A DNA stretch of 64,000 nt from the IMG/VR virus record IMGVR_UViG_3300037721_000031, positions 192,001-256,000 of that record; one strand, 5' to 3'. The notes beneath the pieces were generated by a model, which made no database searches, was not told the origin of the DNA, and saw only the letters and a program-made list of their open reading frames with translations. The position numbers were made by a program, and so were the translations under genes. This stretch comes from a virus (lineage: Duplodnaviria > Caudoviricetes). Positions 62,278 through 64,000 of the stretch are shown here, piece by piece. Numbering within the stretch: the stretch's first letter is position 1; the number at the start of each line of letters is the position of its first letter.

Positions 62278-62360
62278 GTATCGCGCGTGATACGTAGGGA
62301 CGGCTGTCCCATAGATGTCTGATCTATGAGGCTTTACCTCGCAGACCAGACATCCATAGA
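62278..62360 (-). promoter_or_regulatory. Structured 5' leader / intergenic RNA
   Basis: 21-23 bp hairpin with G-U pairs in minus sense (62311-62357) plus two small hairpins. Confidence 0.55.
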
Positions 62361-62386
62361 ATTGTAGCCTTTTCCCTGCAAATGTA

Positions 62387-62998
62387 TCAGCGCTTAATAC
62401 CAAACAGAATATGACAGGTTGTTAGTAAGTCAACAAAACCATTAGGCTTAGTCGTCCAATCACAAAATAAATCAGGTAACATTACTCGTCCACTGAACGA
62501 CAGTTCACGAGTGAATACCTTAGAGAACTTAGCATTGGCCATCCGCGCCAGTGAAGGATCTGTTAGACGTGTCTGTGACGGCTCAAGAAGGACATCCCAA
62601 TTTTGCAGGGACATATCTCTTTTACCAGACCAAACAAAATTCAAACAATCTTCTAAGAAGTCTCGCTGTTGTTCTCCAAAGGCAGGACTTTGAAACTGTG
62701 TCATGTACCAGCCTTCAAAGTCTAATGTTCCGAACGCTTTAAATAGAACACGGAACATATTCTCGCGAAATTCAAAATTAGATGCTTGAATGTCGTTACG
62801 CAGAAGAGAAATGTAAGCTTCCTCAATAGCCATGTTAGCAGTTACCAGCTCTGGTTGATTTGCATCAAAAACAGATACATCATACTGGAAACGACCACGA
62901 ACCCGTTCTGGTGATTTGTTTACCAGAACGGGTTCTAACTTGGCTCCGAGAAACCCCCGCGGATAGACCTTAAACTGTCCGAAGAGGTTTGTACTCAT
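62387..62998 (-). CDS. Virion structural protein (phiKZ-type head block)
   Basis: 203 aa, ATGA-coupled to the upstream gene. Confidence 0.65.
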   Translation of the reverse strand: MSTNLFGQFKVYPRGFLGAKLEPVLVNKSPERVRGRFQYDVSVFDANQPELVTANMAIEEAYISLLRNDIQASNFEFRENMFRVLFKAFGTLDFEGWYMTQFQSPAFGEQQRDFLEDCLNFVWSGKRDMSLQNWDVLLEPSQTRLTDPSLARMANAKFSKVFTRELSFSGRVMLPDLFCDWTTKPNGFVDLLTTCHILFGIKR

Positions 62999-63879
62999 TT
63001 TCCATTCTCCATTTCAGAGATCTGGAAGCTCAGATCTTGAACACGACTCTCGACATATTCAATCTGTCTCTCTAAATTAGCATCAGACCTACCAGCCTTC
63101 AACTTTTCAAGATTCATTCTACGAAGTTGAATAAGAGATAACTCTTCCTTCATCTCTTTATATCTACGTACTTGATACTCAGCAACAAGCATACGTACGT
63201 AATAAATAGGATTAGCTTTAGATGCAATGAAACCTAACTTAAGAGGATCTAGCTTAGATTCACCGATTGTAACTTTAAGAGATTCAGGGTCTGAAGCAGA
63301 AACCTGAATTTCAGGAATACTTTCAAAACTGGAAGCAACCTTACTGGAGTCTGAAGATGTAGATTTCAATGCATTACAAAAATCTACAAATGTCGTCTCA
63401 AGCCACTCTAATTCGTACTTAGAAATAGAGTCTGTAACCTTCTTAGAAGACATGTAAGGTGAAGTCTCCATAACGTAGACCCAGTTAAGGAACTTACGCG
63501 CATACTTAGCTACAAGAAACATAGCGTCGCAATACTTAACGATCGTTGCTTGCTTATAGGTAAGTCCATTACCGGAGACGTTATTTCCTAATGTGGAAGC
63601 TGCGAGATCTTCAAGTTGCTGCAGATTCTTCAAGATGTCATTTAGGCGGTCAGAGATATAGACAACTGGATTTTCATTAGTTACCATAACTCGTTTAAAG
63701 TCAGCCATCCTATTAGACACTAACTCATTCTCAAACTTCCAGTTCTTCAGAAGCTTAGCTGCTGTAGCGTATGCAGCTTGAAGTTCAGTAACTTCACCAT
63801 GGGTTACTCTCAGGTCGCTGATGAGCCTATCTTTTTCAAAGGTAGGAAGTAATAGCTTAATAAATTTACTAAGAAACAT
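62995..63879 (-). CDS. Inner body/head protein (phiKZ gp90-like)
   Basis: 294 aa helical; LDP...GFI...NP.Y..RM..AEYQV.RY with C-terminal coiled coil; GGAG upstream. Confidence 0.65.
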   Translation of the reverse strand: MFLSKFIKLLLPTFEKDRLISDLRVTHGEVTELQAAYATAAKLLKNWKFENELVSNRMADFKRVMVTNENPVVYISDRLNDILKNLQQLEDLAASTLGNNVSGNGLTYKQATIVKYCDAMFLVAKYARKFLNWVYVMETSPYMSSKKVTDSISKYELEWLETTFVDFCNALKSTSSDSSKVASSFESIPEIQVSASDPESLKVTIGESKLDPLKLGFIASKANPIYYVRMLVAEYQVRRYKEMKEELSLIQLRRMNLEKLKAGRSDANLERQIEYVESRVQDLSFQISEMENGK

Positions 63880-63937
63880 ATTTTTACTCCGTTAGCTTAG
63901 GAAACTTATTCCCTAAAACTCGGTTTCTTAAAATGAA

Positions 63938-64000
63938 TTACAGATTCGGGGAAGAACCTGCGCGGAATGCTGTCAAAATATCTTTGATATCAGGGCCGGT
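63938..64000 (-). CDS. C-terminus of upstream structural gene (partial)
   Basis: ...TGPDIKDILTAFRAGSSPNL-stop, open to the window edge. Confidence 0.6.
   Translation of the reverse strand, partial: TGPDIKDILTAFRAGSSPNL

Noticed and set aside
1-64000. CRISPR array or mini-array
   Set aside because: No regularly spaced direct repeats seen; hairpins are single and differ in sequence
1-64000. Stop-codon reassignment
   Set aside because: Conserved genes (thyA, tmk, folA, helicase, structural genes) are full length in the standard code and all three stops are used

Overview
Segment of an AT-rich phiKZ-like (Chimalliviridae-type) jumbo phage genome. This assignment is inferred from gene content and order; no chimallin or RNAP gene lies in the window. 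Almost all genes are on the minus strand. 52.1-64 kb is a late virion module: inner-head paralogues with A/S-X-E propeptide cleavage sites, plus probable neck and baseplate proteins. 0-52 kb is a densely packed early/accessory region interrupted by one plus-strand island (SNF2 helicase, ART-like protein, 51-aa ORF). Recognisable genes: thymidylate synthase, thymidylate kinase, DHFR, two Nudix paralogues, tRNA-Val(UAC), two HNH homing endonucleases, metallophosphoesterase, M48 peptidase, GNAT, HAD-like, cREC receiver, YkgJ-like, TrpF-like and WYL proteins. At least a dozen small paralogue families are present, along with six copies of a pseudo-palindromic early-promoter-like motif and many long hairpin terminators. 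The most notable observations are (i) a DUF1874/AcrIII-1 ring-nuclease homologue lacking the catalytic His, in a cluster with WYL and MgtE-N-like genes, (ii) a PagP-like outer-membrane beta-barrel, and (iii) two H-Y-E class ADP-ribosyltransferase-like paralogues. All family calls come from motif recognition by eye, not database searches.
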